A stretch of 64,000 bases of DNA from Candidatus Magasanikiibacteriota bacterium (GTDB taxonomy: Bacteria; Patescibacteriota; Patescibacteriia; Magasanikbacterales; UBA922), in assembly GCA_052034405.1 (NCBI GenBank), contig JBPOIO010000020.1, positions 9,699-73,698 of the forward strand, in the 5' to 3' direction. Below, piece after piece: positions 17,347-26,446 of the stretch. A model generated the notes under the pieces. That model ran no database searches, was not told where the DNA came from, and saw nothing but the letters and a program-made list of their open reading frames with translations. The position numbers and the translations under genes were made by a program. Position 1 is the stretch's first letter. The number at the start of each line of letters is the position of its first letter.

Positions 17347-20295
17347 ATGGATACTGTAGAAATAGAAAAACTGCTCGAAGATAATGAGAGGTCTCTGATT
17401 GAGATCTATTTTGATTTGCAGGCGCAATTTGAAGAAAAATATGGGGCTAATACGGTGGTACTGATTGAAGTGGGATCGTTTTTTGAAGTCTATGGAGTAG
17501 AGAGTGATGAAATCAAAATTGGAAAACCAAAAGAAATTGCCGAAATTTTAAACCTTCAACTCACTCGGCGCAATAAACAATTTCCAGAAAATTCCTTGAA
17601 AAATCCATTGCTTGCTGGTTTTCCGGTAGCAACTTTTGATCGCTATATTGCGAGGCTTATTCAAGAACATAAATATACTATTGTTGTAGTGCGCCAGGCA
17701 GGGTTGCCTCCACATATTCGGCGTTATGTAGAACGTATTATTTCTCCTGGTGTGAACTTTGATTATTCATTGGGGCGTGATAATAATTTTATTGCATCTC
17801 TTTTGATCGATGAAATTCATGGGTTGTATTCTGTTGGTTACAGTGCACTTGATGTGACAACTGGAAAAACTTATGTTGAGGAAATTCAGAGTACCAAAGA
17901 AGATTCCAATTTTGCACTTGATGAAGTGTTTCGTTTGCTGCGCAGCTATCCTACAAGTGAAATTTTGTTGACTTTTTTGAGTACTGACATTGACCAGTAC
18001 AAAGTTCGGCAGTATTTGGAAATTTTGGAAAGTGATGTCAAAATAAATACAAAACGTTTGAAAATTTCCTATCAAAATGAACTTTTGAAACGGACCTATA
18101 ATGTTCAATCTTTTTTGTCAGCCATTGAATTTTTGGATTTGGAAAAAAAACCATTGGCATCTGAGTCGCTTGCTGTTTTGGTTGATTTTATTATTGATCA
18201 TGACAGTCAAATTATTCAAAAACTGGAAAAACCAATTATTTTATCAAATGAAAATTATTTGTATTTGGGAAATAATCCACTCGAGCAATTGAATATTATT
18301 GGGACGAATCTCAATGAATTGCATATTGCTTCGGTGATTGATTACACTCTGACGAGTATCGGTGCGCGCCTTCTTCGTGAACGTTTGTCAAATCCAATTA
18401 CAAATTCTACAGAAATTGAACAGCGTTATAATTTGTCAGAAATTTTGGGTGAAGTGCATTTGTCTCTTGATCAAGAACTTCGTCATGTCTATGATTTGGA
18501 GCGTATTATTCGTCGCATTCAACTTGCGCGTTTGCATCCATTTGAAATAAATTTTTTGTATGATTCACTCAAAAGTGCAGATTGTATTGTGCAGTCACTG
18601 CAGAATATAAAAAATCATAGAGTTTTGGAAGAATTTTTTCAAGAAAAAAACAGGCTTCAAGATTGTTTGCGTTCACTTGAAAAAATATTTGATTTTGAAC
18701 AAACGAGTCGAGTTGCACTGCAGGCTATTGATACGACTATTTTTCAAGTTGGATTTCATGCCGAGCTCGATAATTTGATGCGTAGACGTGCGGATCTTGA
18801 AGAAAAGCTCGAGATTATTCGTGGAAAAGTTTTGGAGGTTCTCGAAAGTGAAATAGGAAAAAAAGAAAGAGACTTTGTAGAAATTCGCCAACTGGATAAA
18901 GAAGGACATTATATTACTCTTACAAGAAGTCGTTTTGCCCTTATTGAAGAAAAACTTAAAACAACATTTGTGTCTCTTGATGGCACTGTCTATGCGTTTT
19001 CGGATTTTTCTTTTAAAACACAAACAACAAACGTAAAAATTACTGCTCCTATAATAGATCGTATTTCCGAGGAGATTGTTTTGCTACAAGGAAAAATTGC
19101 TGCGACAACTAGAGAATTGTATATTCAAGAATTGCATAAATTGGAAGAGAACTTTTTGAATTTGTTTATTGCAACTTCTTCTTTTTTGGCCAAAATTGAT
19201 GTGGCTCTGTCAAATATAAAAGCAAGTATCAAATTGAATTTGTGTCGGCCAGAAATTGTAGCATTTGACAGTGAGCCCTTTATGGAAATTTCCGACTTGC
19301 GGCATCTGCTCGTCGAGGCGCGTGAAGAAAATGGTATTTATGTACCAAACGATGTATTTTTGGGAAATAAAAAATATGCGCAAAAGGAATCCATTTTTAC
19401 ACAGATGATACAAGAAAATATTCGTGGTGTGCTCCTCTATGGAATCAATTCGAGTGGAAAATCTTCGTATATGAAGAGTATTGGTGTGGCGGTGATTTTG
19501 GCACAGAGTGGTTTTTTTGTACCAGCCGAGTCTATGCGTTTTTCAATATTTTCTGAAATTTTTACGCGTATTTTGGCGCGAGATAATTTTGAAAAAGGAT
19601 TATCCAGTTTTGCAGTAGAGATGTTGGAACTCAAAAATATTTTCAATCGTTGCAGCAAGAGAAGTTTGATCTTGGGAGATGAAATTAGTCATGGAACAGA
19701 AACACTTTCTGCCTTGGCTATTGTGAGCGCAACCATTGAACATTTGGCACTCAAAGATTGTTTTTTTCTTTTTACTACGCATTTGCACCAACTGTGCAAT
19801 TTGGAGAGAATTCAAAAGATAAAAGAAGTTCGAAGTGTGCATTTGCAAGTGTGCTATGATGCTCAAAAAGATAAACTTATTTTTGAACGTAAACTCCAAG
19901 CTGGAAGTGGAAGTAGTATTTACGGACTTGAATTTGCCGAGTCGCTTCATATTGATAAGGACTTTATGAAGCGTGCGCAAACTATACGAAAAGAGTTGGC
20001 CGAGGATTATCAGGAACTTGAACTCTTAACAAAAAAACAAAAAAGCAAGTATCACAAAGAATTGTATTTGTCTTCCTGCGCTATTTGTAAAAAAATGGTG
20101 GAAGATACGCATCATATTGCGCCCCAAGAGATTGCGGATAGTGATGGCAATATTGGGCACTTTCACAAAAATCACAAATATAATTTGCTGCCACTATGCA
20201 AAGACTGCCATAATCGGGTACACGAAGGGAAGCTGATCATTCGTGGATTTGTTATGACGAGTCATGGTCTTGAAATAGATTTTGACGAAAAATAA
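17347..20295 (+). CDS. MutS-family protein with C-terminal HNH endonuclease (MutS7-like)
   Basis: GSFFEVY mismatch-binding motif, GINSSGKS Walker A, LGDEISHGTE, TTHLH, then CAIC...HH...NLLPLCKDCHNRVH. Confidence 0.88.
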   Translation: MDTVEIEKLLEDNERSLIEIYFDLQAQFEEKYGANTVVLIEVGSFFEVYGVESDEIKIGKPKEIAEILNLQLTRRNKQFPENSLKNPLLAGFPVATFDRYIARLIQEHKYTIVVVRQAGLPPHIRRYVERIISPGVNFDYSLGRDNNFIASLLIDEIHGLYSVGYSALDVTTGKTYVEEIQSTKEDSNFALDEVFRLLRSYPTSEILLTFLSTDIDQYKVRQYLEILESDVKINTKRLKISYQNELLKRTYNVQSFLSAIEFLDLEKKPLASESLAVLVDFIIDHDSQIIQKLEKPIILSNENYLYLGNNPLEQLNIIGTNLNELHIASVIDYTLTSIGARLLRERLSNPITNSTEIEQRYNLSEILGEVHLSLDQELRHVYDLERIIRRIQLARLHPFEINFLYDSLKSADCIVQSLQNIKNHRVLEEFFQEKNRLQDCLRSLEKIFDFEQTSRVALQAIDTTIFQVGFHAELDNLMRRRADLEEKLEIIRGKVLEVLESEIGKKERDFVEIRQLDKEGHYITLTRSRFALIEEKLKTTFVSLDGTVYAFSDFSFKTQTTNVKITAPIIDRISEEIVLLQGKIAATTRELYIQELHKLEENFLNLFIATSSFLAKIDVALSNIKASIKLNLCRPEIVAFDSEPFMEISDLRHLLVEAREENGIYVPNDVFLGNKKYAQKESIFTQMIQENIRGVLLYGINSSGKSSYMKSIGVAVILAQSGFFVPAESMRFSIFSEIFTRILARDNFEKGLSSFAVEMLELKNIFNRCSKRSLILGDEISHGTETLSALAIVSATIEHLALKDCFFLFTTHLHQLCNLERIQKIKEVRSVHLQVCYDAQKDKLIFERKLQAGSGSSIYGLEFAESLHIDKDFMKRAQTIRKELAEDYQELELLTKKQKSKYHKELYLSSCAICKKMVEDTHHIAPQEIADSDGNIGHFHKNHKYNLLPLCKDCHNRVHEGKLIIRGFVMTSHGLEIDFDEK

Positions 20296-20305
20296 GTTGA
20301 AAATA

Positions 20306-20335
20306 AAAAGAACTCTCAAAAATGAGAGTTCTTTT
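20306..20335. terminator. Bidirectional intrinsic terminator
   Basis: aaaagaactctca-aaaa-tgagagttctttt. Confidence 0.85.
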
Positions 20336-20342
20336 GTGTTTA

Positions 20343-21087
20343 GAAACTAAGATCGGGGCGCTGCTTCGTGCGGAAGCCGGGAGGGGCCTGTGGCGGGTGC
20401 TGCTCAGGTGGGGTCGGGCAGGGGAGGCATGAGCATGGCAGGCGGCATCAGGACATTGCCGTCGGGCGCCCCGTAGGAGCGCACGCAGGTGTAGCCTTTG
20501 GCCACGCTGCTGTAGGCGCAGGCGACATAGGCGCCATCGGCTTGTGGGCCTTCGGCCTTAGCCTTCACGGCCTCGAGGGCCTCTTTCTGGGTCGCCCAGT
20601 AGGGCGTGACCTTTCCCGTTACCACGTAGGGGCTGCTGCTGGTTGTGGGCGGGCAGTAGGGCATGTCGCCGTCGAATGGACACATGGCCCGTGCCGTGTT
20701 TGGCCTCAGGCGCTGGCCTTGCTCGCTCAGGCAGCGGACGTATCCGCCAGGTACCGAGCAATGGTACTTTCCAGCTTCCACCTCGACGCGGCCCAAAAAC
20801 AACTTGTCCGGTCCGAAAATGTCACAGGTTTGGGCGTCCTGCGGGGCCTCGAAGCCTGGCCCTTTGAGCTCGCAATCTCCCTTGCCCAGGGGTTGAGCCA
20901 AGGGGATGAACCACTTGGCCTCCTCCGCGCTGGGCATCGTGCTGCCGCAGGCTGACAGGATCAGGGCGGCGAGGAAGACGAGGACGATGGCGATCATGCG
21001 CAGCATGAGATGACTCCTAATCAGCTGAAATTGCGGCATTTGGGCTGCCGCCTGGCCCGGTGCACGAAGCACCGCGATCTTAATTTC
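20343..21087 (-). mobile_element. GC-rich single-gene cassette bounded by imperfect inverted repeats
   Basis: Sampled 60-nt lines are 62-70% GC versus about 35% in flanking mutS; arms 20343-20371 and 21062-21087 are reverse complements at 24 of 26 positions with a 3-nt indel. Confidence 0.6.
20404..21006 (-). CDS. Cysteine-rich putative lipoprotein (foreign)
   Basis: MLRMIAIVLVFLAALILSAC lipobox, 9 Cys, Pro-rich tail; AGGAG Shine-Dalgarno upstream of ATG 21006. Confidence 0.75.
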   Translation of the reverse strand: MLRMIAIVLVFLAALILSACGSTMPSAEEAKWFIPLAQPLGKGDCELKGPGFEAPQDAQTCDIFGPDKLFLGRVEVEAGKYHCSVPGGYVRCLSEQGQRLRPNTARAMCPFDGDMPYCPPTTSSSPYVVTGKVTPYWATQKEALEAVKAKAEGPQADGAYVACAYSSVAKGYTCVRSYGAPDGNVLMPPAMLMPPLPDPT

Positions 21088-21118
21088 CAATTGGTCAATT
21101 GTAATGTACGGATAGCTG

Positions 21119-21146
21119 ATTATATCAAAAAACTTCTCTTTGTCAA
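21119..21146 (-). promoter_or_regulatory. sigma70 promoter driving the GC-rich cassette
   Basis: TTGACA-N16-TATAAT on the minus strand; the -35 lies in hairpin aaaacttctctt-tgtc-aagagaagtttt. Confidence 0.65.
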
Positions 21147-21177
21147 GAGAAGTTTTGTTAAATTTGGCTCTACTGAC

Positions 21178-23127
21178 TTATCTTTTATATTCAAAAATCC
21201 AGATATTATCATCAATAATCTGCATGCGATCGGCTGTTTTGCTCGCTCCGGCAATAATTTTTTCTGCATTGGCCCAATATTTATTGACCACAAAATATGC
21301 TTTGTTGACATTGACAATATTCATTGCTTCTATCATATACTCACGTTTTTGGCCCTCATAAATCATTTTTCCGTAGTATTTGTACATCTCGCCGCCAGTT
21401 GGAATGGAATAATAAAATAGTTGGCCCAAAGGGGTGTCAAAATATTTTGCAAAACTATATTCGGTGAGAGCAGAAGCTGATACGAGTTGGTCAGAAAGTA
21501 CAATATAGTTATACTCTGAATTTTGATTGTGAATCCATTGTACCGCATTGAAATCACTCTTCGTGACATTGTATCCAGGAAAACGTGCTTTGATATTACG
21601 CTGCGGGTAAGAGAGATAAAGGGCCAGTGTGAGTGAGAGAGGAATGAGACAAAAGACAAAAATATTTTTTAACTGTTTTTTGTTTTTGATCATTTCATAG
21701 AGAAAAGCAAATCCATACATGGCAAAGGGCAAAAGAAAAATGATACTGCTACGAATAAGACGCAGTGGATAATCTCCTTGTTCGTAGGCAACCACATCTG
21801 GGAAAATAATCCAACTGCGCAGGAGCCAGGCATCGATAAAAAGTGCAAGTGCGCTGAGTGGAAAAATCCAGACAAGGAGTGATTTTTCTTTTTTTCGATA
21901 TTGTACAAAACCAAAAAGCGCGAGCAAAAGTACGATTGGAATAATAATTTTTTCAAAGAAATAGAGAATTTCAAAACGCAGTGGGCTACTTTTGGCATAC
22001 CAATATGGATCTTTGAAGAGGTCCAAAAATGAAGAGATATGAGTGAATGGATTGCCAAATGTTGGGATTTTTCCTCCTATACGAAGACCATTGAGAGTAA
22101 ACATGGCAGGGAGCAAGAGACAAAGACCAACAAATGTGAGAGCAAGAATGGAGAGGACAAATGTTTTCTTTGTTTGAAATTTTTGTATGAGAAACACGCT
22201 GAGGGTGAAGATAAAAATTGGGGCTCCAATAAGTGGGTGGGTAAAGAGCGCAGCGAGGGAGATCAAAAAAGAAGGGAGCAGTGATTTGGGATTTTGAATC
22301 TGTGAAAAATTCAAAAATATGAGAACAATTGTAAAGAACAAAACAAGGTTGTGCGGTGTCGTGAGTGAGAGAAGTAAAAATGGGACAAAAGCCAAAATCC
22401 AAAAAGAAATGTAGCGGAGAAATTCGGAGTTTATTGTTTTTTCGAGACTTTTGAGAATGGTCTTGGGTAAAAAGATTGCTGCAAGAGCCGGAACAAGCCA
22501 GACATCGATAAAAAATATTTTGATCTGTGTAATATTGGAGAGGAGTACTACGAGTGAATACTGTCCAATATAGTAAGGTTGTTTTGGGGAAATAAATCCA
22601 TGTGCTTGGATCCAATTTTCGGTAACGCGGTGTATAAAGGCGTCAAAGCCATACCCAAGAGGGTAGATAATGGCGGCAACCGAGAGTCCTACAAAGAAGT
22701 GGAGTGATGTAAGAAAGATATTTTGGGTCGATGAGTTATTTTTTTTGTAGTTCAAAAAGAGCAGAGCTGTCGCTAGGGTATAGACAAGAAAAAAAGAGGG
22801 GTCAATTTCGGTCCATGGTGAGGCTGCCAGGTCAAAGGTTCTGTGAAAAAAGAGCTGGCTTAGAAGAAAAATATCGAGTAGAACTATGGCAATACTTGTG
22901 GGTTGAATTTTTTCTTTTGGAATCTTCCATTTTGGCTTGAAAAGTATAAGTGGAATGGCGATGAGAAAAAATAGAATAAAGGATACAAGGGGAGTGATTT
23001 TGTAGCTATAATAGACGAAACTTGCCAAAATAATGAGAAGAGATAAGAACCCCAAAGAATCAAGGGAGCAAGAACTTCTGTCTATAGAGCGAATTTTGAG
23101 CCAAAACTTCTTCATAACTATTGTCAA
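21178..23127 (-). CDS. Polytopic membrane protein, GT-C-fold glycosyltransferase-like
   Basis: More than 12 TM segments, loop GYGFDAFIH, soluble C-terminal domain. Confidence 0.6.
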   Translation of the reverse strand: MTIVMKKFWLKIRSIDRSSCSLDSLGFLSLLIILASFVYYSYKITPLVSFILFFLIAIPLILFKPKWKIPKEKIQPTSIAIVLLDIFLLSQLFFHRTFDLAASPWTEIDPSFFLVYTLATALLFLNYKKNNSSTQNIFLTSLHFFVGLSVAAIIYPLGYGFDAFIHRVTENWIQAHGFISPKQPYYIGQYSLVVLLSNITQIKIFFIDVWLVPALAAIFLPKTILKSLEKTINSEFLRYISFWILAFVPFLLLSLTTPHNLVLFFTIVLIFLNFSQIQNPKSLLPSFLISLAALFTHPLIGAPIFIFTLSVFLIQKFQTKKTFVLSILALTFVGLCLLLPAMFTLNGLRIGGKIPTFGNPFTHISSFLDLFKDPYWYAKSSPLRFEILYFFEKIIIPIVLLLALFGFVQYRKKEKSLLVWIFPLSALALFIDAWLLRSWIIFPDVVAYEQGDYPLRLIRSSIIFLLPFAMYGFAFLYEMIKNKKQLKNIFVFCLIPLSLTLALYLSYPQRNIKARFPGYNVTKSDFNAVQWIHNQNSEYNYIVLSDQLVSASALTEYSFAKYFDTPLGQLFYYSIPTGGEMYKYYGKMIYEGQKREYMIEAMNIVNVNKAYFVVNKYWANAEKIIAGASKTADRMQIIDDNIWIFEYKR

Positions 23128-23170
23128 CAGAGCGAAAAATCATTATACTAAGCCTATTCTACTAGAAAAT

Positions 23171-23794
23171 ATGAAAATCATCAACCGTTTTGCCGAACAA
23201 CATCCAGATTATTTTGTGTATCAGAAAGCAACTGAAGTCTATCCTCACGATCATTTTTTGGCTTGGACAATTTTGCGTTTTATTCCAAAACGTTGGACTC
23301 CCAATCAATTTACCATGGCGCGGATTTGTTTGACGCCGCTGGTGGCCTGGCTTATGGCAACTCACAATTATAATGTGGGGATTGTGGTATTTGTACTTGC
23401 CGCACTTACGGATGCTATTGATGGATCGCTTGCTCGTACGCAAAATAAAATTACAAAATTTGGAATGTTGTTTGATCCACTTGCTGATAAATTTTTGATT
23501 GGGGTCATGGTGCTTTTTGTGGTTTTACAAAATTACAGTTGGCAGCTTGGTCTTGCGATTATTGGAGTAGAGCTTATAATTATTGTGAGTGCTATTGTTG
23601 CAGAATTTCGTTTCAATACAGTAAGAGCGGCAAATGTTTGGGGGAAAATAAAAATGATCTTGCAGGTTTTGGCTGTGTTTTTGACTCTTGCTGCTTTGAT
23701 TTGGAATGCAACTGTGTTGTTTACTATTGCGGCGTGGCTCTTTGGTGTGGCGATTGGGTTTGCAATTATTAGTCTTTTTGCTCATGGGATATAA
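23171..23794 (+). CDS. pgsA: CDP-alcohol phosphatidyltransferase (PgsA-like)
   Basis: TPNQFT.AR, DAIDGSLAR...G.LFDPLADK, GKIKM. Confidence 0.85.
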   Translation: MKIINRFAEQHPDYFVYQKATEVYPHDHFLAWTILRFIPKRWTPNQFTMARICLTPLVAWLMATHNYNVGIVVFVLAALTDAIDGSLARTQNKITKFGMLFDPLADKFLIGVMVLFVVLQNYSWQLGLAIIGVELIIIVSAIVAEFRFNTVRAANVWGKIKMILQVLAVFLTLAALIWNATVLFTIAAWLFGVAIGFAIISLFAHGI

Positions 23795-23800
23795 AAATAT

Positions 23801-25882
23801 ATGCAAGTATTTTTGATTCTTTTATTTTTTTTCTACATACTTTGGACTGGTTTTTTGTGGAGTAAAGTTTTGAACTCTGTTTTTGGCTTGCGAGAAAAAT
23901 ATATTAATATTCCACTTGGTATTTTTACAAGTTTTTTGTTTTTGAGTTTTTCTGCTGCTGTATTTGTAGTGTGGTATAAAATTACATGGCCGGTGATTTC
24001 TTTTGTTTACATAGTGGGTGCAGCACTGCCTTTTTTGTTTTGTAAAAAAATAAAATCTGTGGATGGTGCTGTTGAAATATCCGAAGAACTTTTTGGAATA
24101 TTTCCAAAGAGAAAATTTTTGTTATTTTGTTTTGCGGCTCTATCACTTTTACAAATTGCTATTCTTGTTTTGTGTCAGAGTGACAAAGTTCTGACAACGC
24201 CTTGGCAAACCCTGCACCCTTGGTATTTGTATAACTTTTTTTTGTTAACTTTTTTGCTTGGGGTTTTGCTTTTTTCGCGTCTTTCATTTCAACTCAAATT
24301 TTTTCTTGTGTTGATCTATTCTGTGTTATTGCATCTGTATTTGCCCTTGGTTCATGTGATGCCTTGGGGAGGGGATGTTTGGCGTATGATTGGTGTGGAG
24401 CAAAAATTGGCGGCTGGGGAAGTGCAACTGCCAGGTTTGCCATATGCGCTGTGGAATCCCTACAAATATACCTATGGACAGCTTTGGGGCCTGATGGCAC
24501 TTTTGAACAAAAGTCTAGGGATTTCTCTTGTTGTTTTGCATCGTTGGTTTATTCCACTTTTGTGGTCTTTGACTTTGCCTGTGCTTGGCTTTTCTTTTGG
24601 AAAAATTATTTTTGAAAATAAAAAAAAGGCGCTCTTTTTTGCTTCACTTTGTTCTTTTCCTTTTGCCTTGCAAGCCATTGGAAGTATTACGGTTTCTACA
24701 AGTTTTGGATTTTTGACATTTGTATTTGCGCTCTTGTTATTTTTTATATCTCAAAAAGAAAATACGCTGTGGCAAAAAAGGATTGTCTTTTCGCTTGGAA
24801 TTTTGATGTTATTTGGATATGCGCTCTATGCTTTGTTATTTTACTTTGTAGTTGGAGTGTCCTTTGCTTTGAAAAACTATTGGAATAAAAAGTATGTTCC
24901 TGTGGCTGTGTGTCTCTTTGCTCTCTTGCTTTTTCCTTTGGTGGATTTTATTCTTGGTTTTAGTCATTTTCCACAGTCATTTTCTATTCTTACTTTTTTC
25001 AAACAGCTGCTTGGACAATTTGGAGGTTGGTATTTTGCAAGGCCGATTTCAAATATGGAAATTTCAAGTGCAAATATTTTGTTTAACCAAGTTCCTGCAT
25101 CTGCATATGTAGAAAATATTTTTTCAGCATTTCGTTGGCCTATAGTGCTACTGAGTATTTTTGTAGCATTGTTTCTTGTATTTGGAATCTATTCTCTTAT
25201 AAAAAAAGAAAAAAATACAGTAGTCTGGCTTCTCGGAGTTTTGCTTTGGTCGGTTCTTGGTGGTTATATTATTGGGTGGTATGTTTTGACGGGTGATCGT
25301 GTATTTGTGCGTCGCCTGGATTCTGTATTGGCATTTTTGCTTCTGCTGTTTACTCTCTATGGTATTTTTTCTTTTGATTTTTCAAAAATTATTTCCAAAT
25401 TTTCAAGAGAAAAAAAATATATTTACTTTTTTCTTGTAACTTTCTTTTTTTCTTTTTGTGCAACGACTATTTATGCAACAGGGCCAGATGTACGAGTTGT
25501 AAGCATTGACGAATATAATAGTGCGCAGTATATTTTTGGACAAGAAAAAAAGAATCCAAAGCCTTGTGTGCTTGCAGATACCTGGACACTGCTCGCACTC
25601 GAGGGGCTTTCGAGCGGGCATATTGTTGGTGGGGGCTTTCCTATAGATGCAAATTTTGGTCAGACTGAACGAGTGAGGCTTTATAATGAACTTCTCAAAA
25701 ATCCAGATATTCGTATTATTCCACAGATTCAGGCGCTTTTGGATGTGTCTTCTTGTTATATTGCAGTGAGTCGTGATCAGCTGGACCCTCGGATAGAACT
25801 GGCTTTTAATAACTTTTTGGGTGATCTGGTCTTCAAATCTGGTCCTATGCTAGTCTGGAAATTGGAGTTGAAAAAACCATAA
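23801..25882 (+). CDS. Polytopic membrane protein, GT-C-like
   Basis: Many TM segments; loop PWGGDVWR; architecture parallels 21178..23127. Confidence 0.6.
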   Translation: MQVFLILLFFFYILWTGFLWSKVLNSVFGLREKYINIPLGIFTSFLFLSFSAAVFVVWYKITWPVISFVYIVGAALPFLFCKKIKSVDGAVEISEELFGIFPKRKFLLFCFAALSLLQIAILVLCQSDKVLTTPWQTLHPWYLYNFFLLTFLLGVLLFSRLSFQLKFFLVLIYSVLLHLYLPLVHVMPWGGDVWRMIGVEQKLAAGEVQLPGLPYALWNPYKYTYGQLWGLMALLNKSLGISLVVLHRWFIPLLWSLTLPVLGFSFGKIIFENKKKALFFASLCSFPFALQAIGSITVSTSFGFLTFVFALLLFFISQKENTLWQKRIVFSLGILMLFGYALYALLFYFVVGVSFALKNYWNKKYVPVAVCLFALLLFPLVDFILGFSHFPQSFSILTFFKQLLGQFGGWYFARPISNMEISSANILFNQVPASAYVENIFSAFRWPIVLLSIFVALFLVFGIYSLIKKEKNTVVWLLGVLLWSVLGGYIIGWYVLTGDRVFVRRLDSVLAFLLLLFTLYGIFSFDFSKIISKFSREKKYIYFFLVTFFFSFCATTIYATGPDVRVVSIDEYNSAQYIFGQEKKNPKPCVLADTWTLLALEGLSSGHIVGGGFPIDANFGQTERVRLYNELLKNPDIRIIPQIQALLDVSSCYIAVSRDQLDPRIELAFNNFLGDLVFKSGPMLVWKLELKKP

Positions 25883-25902
25883 AGTTAGGGTAGTATAAAT
25901 AT

Positions 25903-26010
25903 ATAGAAAGCGAAGCTATTTGTTTTTTTCGCTTTCCTCGCCTGTTGGCTCAGGGATGACCTCTGCGGAGGTCATAACCCGCTCAAAGTACAAATAGCTT
26001 CGCTTTCTAT
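25903..26010. repeat. Palindromic REP/MITE-like element
   Basis: Perfect 21-bp inverted repeat atagaaagcgaagctatttgt / acaaatagcttcgctttctat enclosing hairpin atgacctc-tgcg-gaggtcat. Confidence 0.75.
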
Positions 26011-26033
26011 TATTTATATGTTCTGAAGAGCTT

Positions 26034-26435
26034 ATGGAGAACTGTATTTTTTGCAAAATTATACGAGGAGAAGTTTCGAGTTACACTGTGTATCAAGACG
26101 ATCATTGCTTGGCATTTCTCGATATTCATCCTGTGACAAAGGGGCATGTTGTTGTAATTCCAAAAGTGCATGCCGAAACGCTTCTTGATTTGAATGACGA
26201 GAGTATAAAAGAATTTTTTGTGGGAGTAAAAAGAGCTCAGGAGCGAATAAAGATTATTCTTTTTCCAGATGGATTCAATGTTGGTTGGAATCATGGAGAT
26301 GCTGGTGGTCAGGCCGTGAAACATTTGCATGTGCATATACTTCCTCGATGGAATGGGGATGCAGGAGGCAGTATGCATTCGATTGTGAAAAAAGAAAGTG
26401 ATCTCTCTGTTGAGGACTTGGCAAAATTATTTTGA
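26034..26435 (+). CDS. HIT-family nucleotide hydrolase
   Basis: CIFC, FLDIHP, GQAVKHLHVHILPR triad. Confidence 0.93.
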   Translation: MENCIFCKIIRGEVSSYTVYQDDHCLAFLDIHPVTKGHVVVIPKVHAETLLDLNDESIKEFFVGVKRAQERIKIILFPDGFNVGWNHGDAGGQAVKHLHVHILPRWNGDAGGSMHSIVKKESDLSVEDLAKLF

Positions 26436-26446
26436 AAGAAAATTGT

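Noticed and set aside
20368-20955. Long plus-strand ORF over the first GC-rich cassette
   Set aside because: Antisense shadow typical of high-GC DNA; the minus-strand ORF has the promoter, Shine-Dalgarno and lipobox
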